A stretch of DNA of 55,553 nt from a virus. Lineage: Duplodnaviria; Caudoviricetes. Positions 25,394-34,555 of this stretch are shown here, piece by piece (positions within the stretch are counted from its first letter, which is position 1; each line of letters starts with the position of its first letter). Position numbers and translations under genes: made by a program. The notes under the pieces are model-generated. The model saw only the letters and a list, made by a program, of their open reading frames with translations, ran no database searches and was not told the origin of the DNA. Where the stretch lies: positions 1 through 55,553 of IMG/VR virus record IMGVR_UViG_3300023265_000002; one strand, given 5' to 3'.

Positions 25394-26935
25394 GTGGCCG
25401 AGCTGCTGCTGTGGCCGGCGACATCGGGCCCCGGCGCGTCCGCCGCTGACTCGCCGGTCAACCTGGGTGTGCAGGTGCGCGTCTCCGCGCAGGCCTGGCT
25501 GGTCGGGTTCCGGTTCTGGCGTCCCGATACCGGCATCACAGGTGCGGTGAAGGCCGTGCTCTACGAGCTGGGTGGGGCAGAGGTGCCCGGCACGCGCGTG
25601 ACGTTCGCCGTCAGCGGAACCGGGTGGCTGCGCGCCGATCTGGACACCCCGGTCGAGCTGACCGCGGGCGTGCAGTACGTGGCGACCATCCACTTTCCGA
25701 GCGGCCTGGTCGCCACCGGCCTCTACTGGCGGTCGGGCCCCGGCTCCGCTGGCATCGTGAACGGCCTGCTCTCCGCCCCGTCGGAGGCCGCGGCCGCCAG
25801 CAACGCGCAGGGCAGGTTCTTCTACGCCGCCGACTACGCGTACCCCGCCAACGGGTCCGGCTCCGCGGCGAACTACTGGGTAGACGTGGTGGTCACCGAC
25901 GAGGAGCCTGCCGCCGGACCCGTCGGCGACGTGGTGTCGACGGTCGCCCTGGCCACCACCGTCGCGGGCAGCAAGGCGACGGCCGGAGTCACGGGCACCA
26001 GCGTCGCCCTGTCGACCATGATCGACGGAGGCAAGTCGGCGGCCTCCGCCAGGACGTCACCCCTTACGCTGGGGGGTGCCGCGCTCGGCGAGACGATCCG
26101 CGGTTCCGCACGGACGAGCACGCTCGCGCTCGTCAGCTCATCGACAGGGGGACCCGTGACCGGACCGATTCCCGCCGTGGTGTCGCCGGTCTTGTGCGCC
26201 CCCTGGGCCACGCCCGCCGACGTTCCCGCGGCCATCCGCACCGAACTCGGCCTCACCGACGACCAGCTCGCCGTGCAGCTCATGCGGGCGAGCGAACTGC
26301 TGTGGATGCTGACCGGTCGCGTCTGGTACGGCATCGGCTGCCACGAAGAGGTCACGCTGCGCTCGCTGCCGACCTCGGCACCGTGGCGCGGCGACTGGAT
26401 CACCCACTCGTCATGGGGGGAGTGCCCGTGCTGGATGACGTCCGGTTCGGTCGTCGACCACATCGCCCAGCCGCGCCGGGTGAAGCTGCCCCGTTCGCCC
26501 GTTCAGGCCATCACCTCCGTGACGGTCGAGGGCGTCCTGCTCGACCCGACCGCCTACCGGCTGAACCACGCTGGCGTGCTCGAGCGCACGGACGGCGGCC
26601 TCTGGCAGGTGTGCGCAGGCGAGACCGTCATCGTCTACACCTACGGCGAAGCGCCCCCCGCGGGAGGCCGCGACGCCGCGGTGACCCTGGGGGTCGAGTT
26701 CGCCCGCGACTTCCACGGCATCGCCGGGTGTCGCCTGCCGAGCAACGTCACCAGCCTGACCCGCCAAGAGGTCACCACCACCTACGCGGACCCGAACGAG
26801 TTCCTCGAGAAGGGGCTCACCGGCCTGCGCTCCGTCGACCTGTGGGTGAAGGCCATCAACCCGCAGGGTCGCCCGCAGAGGGCCCGCGTCTACAGCCCCG
26901 ATGTCCCGCGCACCAACCGGAGGAACCTGTCGTGA
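25394..26935 (+). CDS. head-to-tail adaptor with N-terminal DUF4082-like domain
   Basis: N-terminal LGV......GFRFW...NYWVDV; C-terminal CRLP..VTS..RQ.V...TGL..VDLW...NP. Confidence 0.75.
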   Translation: MAELLLWPATSGPGASAADSPVNLGVQVRVSAQAWLVGFRFWRPDTGITGAVKAVLYELGGAEVPGTRVTFAVSGTGWLRADLDTPVELTAGVQYVATIHFPSGLVATGLYWRSGPGSAGIVNGLLSAPSEAAAASNAQGRFFYAADYAYPANGSGSAANYWVDVVVTDEEPAAGPVGDVVSTVALATTVAGSKATAGVTGTSVALSTMIDGGKSAASARTSPLTLGGAALGETIRGSARTSTLALVSSSTGGPVTGPIPAVVSPVLCAPWATPADVPAAIRTELGLTDDQLAVQLMRASELLWMLTGRVWYGIGCHEEVTLRSLPTSAPWRGDWITHSSWGECPCWMTSGSVVDHIAQPRRVKLPRSPVQAITSVTVEGVLLDPTAYRLNHAGVLERTDGGLWQVCAGETVIVYTYGEAPPAGGRDAAVTLGVEFARDFHGIAGCRLPSNVTSLTRQEVTTTYADPNEFLEKGLTGLRSVDLWVKAINPQGRPQRARVYSPDVPRTNRRNLS

Positions 26936-27525
26936 CGTTCGTCGACCCATTCGCCCCGTACGACTCGCCGCACCACCCCGTCAACGCGGGCAAGCAGGTG
27001 CGGCCGCGCGGCGAGATTCCCGCGCCGGACCTGACCGACGACGAGCTGCAGAGCCTGCTCGAGCTGTGGCCGTTCATGCTGACCACGTTCGGCCTCGAGG
27101 AGGAGCAGGCGCGCGAGTTCGACCCGTGGCTCGCCGAGGAGCTGATCGGTCGACGCGCCGAGTACCTCGACCTCCTGCAGCGGTACGGCACCACCGAGGA
27201 ACTCGACGAGACGAGCCTCGCCGAGGACGAAGAGGACGAGGACGAGTACGGCGACAACGCGCCCACGCTGCGCGACCTGCGCGCCCGCCAGGCGGAGCGC
27301 CAGGCGGACGAGCACGTCGACGTGGAAGGGGACGGGACGCTCGCCGCCGACCTCGACGCGATCTCGGCGGAGGCGCTCGTGCGTCCCGCGGCGAGCGCGC
27401 CTAAGGCAGCGTGGAAGGCGCACCTCCGCGCGCTGGACCCGGAGGTCAGCGACGAGGACGCGGAGGCCATGACGGTCGACGTGCTCAAGGCGCGTACCCG
27501 CGAGCTGGCAGCGGCACGCTCGTGA
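26932..27525 (+). CDS. hypothetical acidic protein
   Basis: RBS GGAGG, GTGA overlap. Confidence 0.75.
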   Translation: MTFVDPFAPYDSPHHPVNAGKQVRPRGEIPAPDLTDDELQSLLELWPFMLTTFGLEEEQAREFDPWLAEELIGRRAEYLDLLQRYGTTEELDETSLAEDEEDEDEYGDNAPTLRDLRARQAERQADEHVDVEGDGTLAADLDAISAEALVRPAASAPKAAWKAHLRALDPEVSDEDAEAMTVDVLKARTRELAAARS

Positions 27526-28061
27526 GCGCCGGTCAGGGGCTGGACGTGCACGCGATGGGGACGAAGATCCTCGCCGCCGTGGTCGCCCACTTCGCCGCGT
27601 CGACCAACCCGAACGACGTCGACCTGCCCGCCCGGCGCTACGTCGGCGCGGGCGACCCGCTCGCTGTGGCCTGGGACTGCGAGCAGCTCACGATCACCAT
27701 GCAGGGGGTGACAACGGGCGCGGCTGTCGACGCGCGCCCGTTGTCGCCCCGTTCAGGCACGCCCGCGGGCGTCTCGCTCGTGCGCAGCGTGACCTACGTG
27801 GTCTCGCTGGTGCGCTGCCACCCCGTGCAGGACGACTCCGGCAACCCGCCCCCGGTCGCCGCGCTCGAGGCCGCGGGCGTCGTGTTCGCCCGCGACATGG
27901 GCCTGCTGTCGCAGGCGCTCGTCGAGCTGGTCTCGCAGCTCCGCGAGAATCTCCCGGTAGGCCAGACCGTTCAGGCGGGCGAGGTCGCGCCGGTCGGGCC
28001 GGACGGGCAGTTCGTCGCGCTGGTCGCGCCGATCGCGTTCACGGTCGGGGCGCTGGTGTAG
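27522..28061 (+). CDS. tail terminator-like protein
   Basis: AWDCEQL and RC.P motifs; position in the head-tail module. Confidence 0.6.
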   Translation: MSAGQGLDVHAMGTKILAAVVAHFAASTNPNDVDLPARRYVGAGDPLAVAWDCEQLTITMQGVTTGAAVDARPLSPRSGTPAGVSLVRSVTYVVSLVRCHPVQDDSGNPPPVAALEAAGVVFARDMGLLSQALVELVSQLRENLPVGQTVQAGEVAPVGPDGQFVALVAPIAFTVGALV

Positions 28062-28063
28062 CC

Positions 28064-28474
28064 GTGAGCCTCAAGCTGACTCCGGAGCGCGTGACGCTCG
28101 ACCCCGGCCAGCCCTACATCTGGGTGCGGACCGAGGGCAGCGTCGGGCGCGAACTCGAGCTGCGCATGACCCGCGCGCAGCTCGCCGCCCGCGGCCTCGT
28201 GCGGGTCCGGACCGGCTCGCTGCTCTCGACCATCCGGAAGAACAACGGCCTGAACTCGCAGGGCATCTACACGGACGTCATCGCGGGGGGCGGACGCGTC
28301 CGCTACACGATGTTCGAGCACGACGGCACGGTGCCGCACCGGATCACGGCGCGAAGACGAAAGAGCCTGCGCTACATCAAAAACGGGCAGGTCGTCTTTC
28401 GACGCTCGGTGTGGCACCCCGGCACGCGAGGGACTCACTTCCTCATCAACGCCCTGCCAGCCGCGGGCGGCTAG
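28064..28474 (+). CDS. HK97 gp10-like neck protein
   Basis: VRTG.L..TI, H.GT..H.I and V.HPGT motifs. Confidence 0.7.
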   Translation: MSLKLTPERVTLDPGQPYIWVRTEGSVGRELELRMTRAQLAARGLVRVRTGSLLSTIRKNNGLNSQGIYTDVIAGGGRVRYTMFEHDGTVPHRITARRRKSLRYIKNGQVVFRRSVWHPGTRGTHFLINALPAAGG

Positions 28475-28521
28475 GCTCCACCCATTCTCACCCATCCCAT
28501 GAAAACGAAAGGCCACACCAC

Positions 28522-29124
28522 GTGAAGCGTTTCGGTGCGACCAAGAGGAATGCGCCCCCCGCCCGGCGCGAGGATTTCGAATTCGCCGTCCAGCGCGACG
28601 GACTGGACGAGGTGCACACGTTCACCGCCGTGGTGAACCTCGATTTCGTCGGCCTCGTCCAGATGCTGTGGAACTCGAAGAACGATCCCAGCATGGCCGG
28701 TCAGGGAATGCTCGTCACCATCGCGAAGATGCTCGACAACACCGACGGCACCCCGAACAAGTGGGAGCCCGAAGTCGTCAAGCCCCCGAAGCGCGAGCGC
28801 CCCCCGCAGGTGGTCGAGGTCGAACTCGGCCCCGGACGGAGCACCTCGCACTGGCCCAGCGAGGTCGGCACGCTGCCGGTCGAGCAGGAGGTCGACGAGG
28901 ACGAGGAGCTGCCCCCCGTCTTCCGCGCGCCGTGCGGCCCGGAGAAGGGCGAACTCCTGCCCCTCGAGCGCGCCGAGGAGTTCCTCGTGCACGAGGCTGG
29001 ATCGTCGCGTCGCCGCTGGCGCGAGGTGCTCCTCGACGACGACGAGGTGAGCGTGAAGCAGGAGGCGATTACCGAGCTGTTCGAGTGGCTCATGGGGCTG
29101 GCTGCAGAGCGCCCTACGCGGTAG
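28522..29124 (+). CDS. tail assembly chaperone
   Basis: RBS GAAAGG; ends WL......RPT; lies upstream of the tape measure gene. Confidence 0.7.
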   Translation: MKRFGATKRNAPPARREDFEFAVQRDGLDEVHTFTAVVNLDFVGLVQMLWNSKNDPSMAGQGMLVTIAKMLDNTDGTPNKWEPEVVKPPKRERPPQVVEVELGPGRSTSHWPSEVGTLPVEQEVDEDEELPPVFRAPCGPEKGELLPLERAEEFLVHEAGSSRRRWREVLLDDDEVSVKQEAITELFEWLMGLAAERPTR

Positions 29125-29471
29125 TCATCCTCCTGCACGGGATGACAACGGACCCGATCTCCGGGCCGTACTTCAGGGGCAGACTGGCACTTGCAGGCAT
29201 CGGGTTGCACACCCCGCTCCGGCAGTGGCTAGATGCGGTCTACGCCATCTGGCTCGACGCCCCGTCGGAGAAGTTCGAGAAGGCCTCGCGCACGATGGTG
29301 ATCAGCAGCGCGAAGCTTCGACCGAACCGCGACACGTGGGGCATCACGCCAGAGCAGCAGGCGCTCGGCGGCAGGCTGCAGGCGGGACCGGGGTTGGAAG
29401 CGGCAGGGCATGGTGCGCCCGGCTCGCCGCTGCCGCCCGCGATTCAACGGACGGTGCGTCAGCACCGGTAG
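29112..29471 (+). CDS. tail assembly chaperone extension (-1 frame)
   Basis: Overlapping -1 frame ORF with no clear RBS between the chaperone and tape measure genes. Confidence 0.6.
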   Translation, partial: PYAVVILLHGMTTDPISGPYFRGRLALAGIGLHTPLRQWLDAVYAIWLDAPSEKFEKASRTMVISSAKLRPNRDTWGITPEQQALGGRLQAGPGLEAAGHGAPGSPLPPAIQRTVRQHR

Positions 29472-29480
29472 ACGAAGGGG

Positions 29481-32378
29481 GTGGCGAGCATCGCGAAGAT
29501 CATCGGCACGGCGGCCATCCGGCTCACGGCCAGTGAACGCGGGCTCGCCCTCTCGTTCCGCAACACGATCCGCAAGGCGCTCGCGGAGGCGACCGTCGGG
29601 CTGGGCGAGGACAGTACGGCGGGCGTCGAAAAGGACGCGGACAAGACGAGTCGACGCGTAAAGCAAATCTTCTCGTCGATGTTCCAGTCCGTCGGCAAGC
29701 TCGGCTCGAGCCTGCTCGGCGCAGCGCTGTCCGGCGGGAAGCTGCTCCTCCTGGCGTCCGCCGCGGGCACAGCCCTGTCTGCGGTCGGCGCGCTCTCGGC
29801 TGGGGTGATCGCCCTCGTCGGGGCGGCCGCGCAGGCAGCGGGGGCGATAGGCATCTTGCCTGCCGCGCTCGCCGGGGTGGTCGCCGTGGCGGCGACCCTC
29901 AAGCTGGGCATGAAGGGCGTCGGTGATGCGCTCAAGGCGGTTGGCTCCGGCGACGCGGAGGCGCTGAACAAGGCGCTCGAGAAGCTGTCGCCGAACGCCC
30001 GCGACTTCGTGCGGTCGATCCAGGGGATAAAGCCCGAATTCGACCGGATGCAGCTCGGCGTGCAGGACGCGCTGTTCGATGGACTGGGCGGGACCGTGCA
30101 GGCGTTGGCCGCGCGGTACCTGCCGCTGGCGAGCGCCGGGTTCAAGCTGCTGGCGGGCGAGATCAACTCGACGGTGAAGAACGTCGGCGCGATCCTCGAC
30201 AGCCCGGAGGCCTTCGACCGGATCAAGGCCAGCACAGAGGGCATCGTCGTCGGGTTCTCCAACGCCCGCCAGGCCGCGCTGCCGCTGACGCAGGCCGTGC
30301 TCGACATCGTCAAGGCGGGCTCGAGCCAACTGCCCCGCCTGGGCGACGCGGTGAACACCCTCGCCACCCGGTTCGCGAACTTCATCCGCGCGGGTGCCGA
30401 GTCCGGCTCGCTCGAGGCGTTCTTCTCGAAGTCGCTGGACGTGGCCTCCCAGCTCGGCCGCATCCTGGGCAACCTGGGTGGCGCGATCGGTGCCGTGTTC
30501 AGCGCCGGACAGGCCGCGGGCGGTGGCCTGCTCAACTCACTGGAGAAGCTGACCGGCGCGGCCGAGACGTTCTTCAAGAGCGCCCAGGGGCAGGACGCGC
30601 TCGCCGCGTTCTTCGGCTCGATCGCCACTGTGGGCGAGGCCGCGTTCCCCGTGCTGCGCGAGCTGGCGCTGCTCATCGGCGGCGACATCGCCCCGCTGCT
30701 GTCCAACATCGCGGCAGGCGTCGGGCCCGGAGTGGTCGCCGTCATCGGCCAGCTACGCGAGACCGTGACGGCGCTGACCCCCGGCATGTCGGCGCTCGGC
30801 GAGGCCTTCGGTCGGGTGCTGACCGCCGTCGCCCCGATCCTGCCCGCGATCGGCGACCTGATCGGCAAGATCGCGACCGGCCTGGCGTCGGCGCTGAACG
30901 CTGCCGTCGGTCCGCTGACGACCTTCATCAACTTCCTGGTCGCCAACCCAGGTGCGCTCGCCGGGTTCGCCGCGGCCGCAGGCGCGATCGGCCTGGCCAT
31001 CGGTCCGCTTGCCCCCGTGCTGTCCTCGGTCGGCGGCATCATCGGCGACCTGATCACGAAGGTGGGCGGCTTCAGCAGGGTGTTCAGCCTGCTGACCGGT
31101 CCGGTCGGCCTGGTCATCGGCCTGCTGGTCGCGCTGTTCGCTGGCTCCGAGGACTTCCGGAACGCCGTGCTCGGCCTCGTCTCGGTGATCGGCGGCCTGG
31201 TCGGTCAGCTCGTCTCGGCCTTGATGCCTGCGTTCGACGCGATCATCGGCGCTATCGGTCCGCTGATTTCCCAGCTCGGAACCGCGCTAGCTCCGATCAT
31301 TACGACGGTGGCGAATTTGCTTTCCGCCGTGCTGCCTCCGGTAATTGCAGCGCTGGTTCCGATCATTAATTCGCTGATTCCGATCGTCATGCAGGCCGCT
31401 GACGTGCTCGGCCTTATCGTCTCCGCGGTCGCGCCAATCATCGAGATCATCGCAAATGCGTTGATTCCGATCATTACCAATTTGCTACCCGTGGTGACCA
31501 CGGTCTTTAACGCGATTGCGTCCGTGATTACTGCCGCCATGCAAATCGTGCAGGGCGTTATCGACGTCGTCCTAGGATTGATTTCCGGCGATTTCGATCG
31601 GGTTTGGACCGGCATTCAAAACATCGTGCGCGGCGCGGTAAACCTGATTGTTTCCGTCGTTTCCGGCGCGCTGAACATCGTCGTATCGGTCGTCTCGAGC
31701 ACATTCAACGCGGCCGTTTCGCTGGTGAAATCGGCGTGGAACGCGATCTCGTCCGCCGTCTCGTCGGGCGTCGACAGCGTCCTGTCGTTCTTCCGCAACC
31801 TGCCCGGCAACATCTCCTCCGCGCTCGGCTCGCTGGGCAGCCTGCTCGCGTCCGCTGGTCGGGACCTGATCAACGGCCTGATCAACGGCGTGAAGGCCGC
31901 GGCCGCCGGTATCGCCGACGCCGTGCTCGCCCCGATCAAAAACGCCGTCGCCGGGGTGAAGTCGTTCCTCGGCATCAACTCGCCGTCGAAGCTCTTCGCC
32001 GAGATCGGCGTCGACACCGGGCGCGGCCTGGTGGTCGGCCTCGAGCGCATTACCCCGGCCGTGGTGGCGGCGACGACGGACGTCGCGGCGAGCATGGCCG
32101 GAGCGCTCGCGACGCCCGCGGCGAACCTGTCGCTCACCAGCCTGGCCAACGGGGCGGGCTCGACCGGCGCGAGCACCGGGGCGGACGGTCGCCCGCTGGT
32201 GCTGCAGCAGACGAACGTCATGCAGCCCGGCTCCGACCTCGAGCGCTTCGCCGACGCGGTCTACCGCAACGGGCTCTACGACCTGCAGTCGGCAGGCTCC
32301 CTGTCCGCGGTCAGCCTGGGCAACGTCCAGTCGGGCATGTCCTCCCCCGACGCCATTTTCGGAGTAAGGGGAGTCTGA
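29481..32378 (+). CDS. tape measure protein
   Basis: 965 aa Ala/Gly/Leu-rich helical repeats; LSPNAR.FV and GI.SPSK.F motifs. Confidence 0.9.
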   Translation: MASIAKIIGTAAIRLTASERGLALSFRNTIRKALAEATVGLGEDSTAGVEKDADKTSRRVKQIFSSMFQSVGKLGSSLLGAALSGGKLLLLASAAGTALSAVGALSAGVIALVGAAAQAAGAIGILPAALAGVVAVAATLKLGMKGVGDALKAVGSGDAEALNKALEKLSPNARDFVRSIQGIKPEFDRMQLGVQDALFDGLGGTVQALAARYLPLASAGFKLLAGEINSTVKNVGAILDSPEAFDRIKASTEGIVVGFSNARQAALPLTQAVLDIVKAGSSQLPRLGDAVNTLATRFANFIRAGAESGSLEAFFSKSLDVASQLGRILGNLGGAIGAVFSAGQAAGGGLLNSLEKLTGAAETFFKSAQGQDALAAFFGSIATVGEAAFPVLRELALLIGGDIAPLLSNIAAGVGPGVVAVIGQLRETVTALTPGMSALGEAFGRVLTAVAPILPAIGDLIGKIATGLASALNAAVGPLTTFINFLVANPGALAGFAAAAGAIGLAIGPLAPVLSSVGGIIGDLITKVGGFSRVFSLLTGPVGLVIGLLVALFAGSEDFRNAVLGLVSVIGGLVGQLVSALMPAFDAIIGAIGPLISQLGTALAPIITTVANLLSAVLPPVIAALVPIINSLIPIVMQAADVLGLIVSAVAPIIEIIANALIPIITNLLPVVTTVFNAIASVITAAMQIVQGVIDVVLGLISGDFDRVWTGIQNIVRGAVNLIVSVVSGALNIVVSVVSSTFNAAVSLVKSAWNAISSAVSSGVDSVLSFFRNLPGNISSALGSLGSLLASAGRDLINGLINGVKAAAAGIADAVLAPIKNAVAGVKSFLGINSPSKLFAEIGVDTGRGLVVGLERITPAVVAATTDVAASMAGALATPAANLSLTSLANGAGSTGASTGADGRPLVLQQTNVMQPGSDLERFADAVYRNGLYDLQSAGSLSAVSLGNVQSGMSSPDAIFGVRGV

Positions 32379-32384
32379 CCAGCC

Positions 32385-33326
32385 ATGACCGTGCCGAACC
32401 CGATGGCCACGTTCGCCGTCCCCAGCCAAGACGTGCAGTACCGGATGGGCCCGCTGTACGTGCCGAACGACGTCGACATCTGGTGGAACACCCAGCTACC
32501 CGACGGCACCTACACGGTGTGCGCGGAACCGCGCGGCTGGGAAGGGCTCGACTACATCACGCCCCTGGACCAGGTGGGCGGCCGCGACGGCGCGCTCACC
32601 GGACCGCCCTCCATCGGGCCCCGTGTGCTCGACTGTGTGGCGATGATGGTCGCCCCCGACCCGCACACCCTCCGGATGAACATCGCCCGCGTGAGGCGCA
32701 TCCTGGGCCCGCAGAGCCTGACTGGCGTCCGCGGCCTCATCGTCTGGGAGCAGTACGACTTCGGCGCAGACCGACGGCTCGCGCTGCTGACCCGGCCGTC
32801 CGGCAAGTTCGACCCCTCGCCGCCCTTCGGTCACGAGGAGGGCGGAGTCGCGTGCACGATGTCCTTCACCCTCGTGGCCGCGAACCCCCCGTGGAAGTAC
32901 AGCAGCGGGCTCGTCGACTCCGCCGAGGTCGGCCTGCTGAACCCGGCGCTGCTCGGCGGCCGCACCTACGACAAGACGTACAACTTCACCTACGGGGTGT
33001 CGACCAACCCCGGCGGGGAGATGGTCGTCAACAACACCGGGACCATCGACGCCTACCCCGTCTTTCGGGTGACCGGGCCGGTCCCGTACCCGGTGATCGG
33101 CAACGTGACCACCGGGCGCGAGTTCACGATCAACCGGAACATGCCTGCGGGCGACGTGGTCACCGTGGACTCGCGTACCGGCGTGGTCACCCCCGGCACC
33201 GTCCGGATCATCGGCCGCCCGTTCACGCTCGCCCCCGGCCTGAACACGATCAAGTGGCGCAGCGCCTTCGACAGCTACGATCCAGCCGCCCGCCTGCGCC
33301 TCGAGTGGCGCTCGACCTACAGCTAG
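32385..33326 (+). CDS. distal tail protein (Dit-like)
   Basis: Follows TMP; N.G..DAYP...V.GP and L.PG.N motifs. Confidence 0.75.
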   Translation: MTVPNPMATFAVPSQDVQYRMGPLYVPNDVDIWWNTQLPDGTYTVCAEPRGWEGLDYITPLDQVGGRDGALTGPPSIGPRVLDCVAMMVAPDPHTLRMNIARVRRILGPQSLTGVRGLIVWEQYDFGADRRLALLTRPSGKFDPSPPFGHEEGGVACTMSFTLVAANPPWKYSSGLVDSAEVGLLNPALLGGRTYDKTYNFTYGVSTNPGGEMVVNNTGTIDAYPVFRVTGPVPYPVIGNVTTGREFTINRNMPAGDVVTVDSRTGVVTPGTVRIIGRPFTLAPGLNTIKWRSAFDSYDPAARLRLEWRSTYS

Positions 33327-33337
33327 GAGCAGCCCCG

Positions 33338-34555
33338 ATGACCGTCCTCACCCCACCGGGCTACGTGCAGGCAGGCACCTACTCGGCGAAGCTCGACCGG
33401 CAGTACATCACCTCGGCCCACTCGATCGCGAACATGGCGACCGTCTCGACCGCGCGCCAAGGGTTCTACGCGGGGCGCGTCCCTGCGTTCATCGTGTCCA
33501 GCGGCATGGACTGCATCATCAGCCAGACCGCCGGCATCATCCAGAACACCTTTGCCACGGGCGCGGGCGACTACAAGTTCGTCAACGACAACAACATCAT
33601 CGTCAGCCACGCGGCGAGCAGCCCGACCCTGAACCGGCACGACATCGTGGGGTTTCAGGTCAAGGACAATTTCTACGACTCGTCCGGCCTGAACACTGTC
33701 GTTCCCGCCATCATCCAGGGGGCGAACTCCGCGGGCACCCCCGTCGACCCGGCGCTGCCCGCGTCGTTCATCCCGGTTTACCGCGGCTTGGTGAGCGCTG
33801 CCTCGACGTCGCCCGTGCTGACCTCGCTGGTCAAGCGCACCACGAACGACGGCGGCCTGCTCCCGGTCGACGACGTGACCGAGCGGAACGCGTTCGTCGC
33901 CCCGTGGGACGGCCTGTCCGTCTACCGGCGCGACCGGGACTGGACGGAGATTTACGACGGCACCGCCTGGCGGGTCCAGGGGACCGCCATCGCCACCACC
34001 TTCGCCGACCTGACGGGGGCCGTGACGAACCCGGCGCTCGGCCAGCAGGGCTACTGCTCGTCGACCGGCCTGCGCTACGCGTGGGACGGTGCCGTCTGGG
34101 TGCCGGACAACATCGTTGCCCTGCGGGTCGCCACGACGACCGGGTTCATGGCCTCGACGTCGGGCACCACGGAGCTGAACCTGCCGAAGCTCGCGATCGA
34201 GAACTACCGGGTGACGTCCGGGTTCTTCTACACGTTCGCGCTCAGCCTGTTCTACAACTTCACCACCGTGGCCGCGGGCGACTCCTACTCGGTGCGCATC
34301 CGCAAGGACACCGCCGTATCGGGTCCCGTGGTCGGCCTGTTCGTCATCCGGCCCGCCAGCCCGGACACCTTCGACGACTCGAAGACGTTCTACCTGCCGT
34401 GGCGCGCGACGGCCACCGACGTCGATGCGGACTTCTACGTCAGCATCCAGCGCGCGGCAGGGACCGGCACGCTGGGCATCAACGGTGACCGGCTGTCCGC
34501 GTTCGAGATCACCCCGCGCGGCGGCGACACGGCGCTCGCCCTCGAGGTCGCCTGA
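33338..34555 (+). CDS. minor tail protein
   Basis: RBS AGGAG; PPGY.Q.GTY...DR and R.D.V motifs; beta-rich C-terminus. Confidence 0.8.
   Translation: MTVLTPPGYVQAGTYSAKLDRQYITSAHSIANMATVSTARQGFYAGRVPAFIVSSGMDCIISQTAGIIQNTFATGAGDYKFVNDNNIIVSHAASSPTLNRHDIVGFQVKDNFYDSSGLNTVVPAIIQGANSAGTPVDPALPASFIPVYRGLVSAASTSPVLTSLVKRTTNDGGLLPVDDVTERNAFVAPWDGLSVYRRDRDWTEIYDGTAWRVQGTAIATTFADLTGAVTNPALGQQGYCSSTGLRYAWDGAVWVPDNIVALRVATTTGFMASTSGTTELNLPKLAIENYRVTSGFFYTFALSLFYNFTTVAAGDSYSVRIRKDTAVSGPVVGLFVIRPASPDTFDDSKTFYLPWRATATDVDADFYVSIQRAAGTGTLGINGDRLSAFEITPRGGDTALALEVA

Noticed and set aside
13426-27590. Long antisense and alternate-frame ORFs (e.g. 14761-16458 -, 21008-22906 -, 23927-25693 -)
   Set aside because: Shadow ORFs expected in very GC-rich DNA opposite well-supported structural genes
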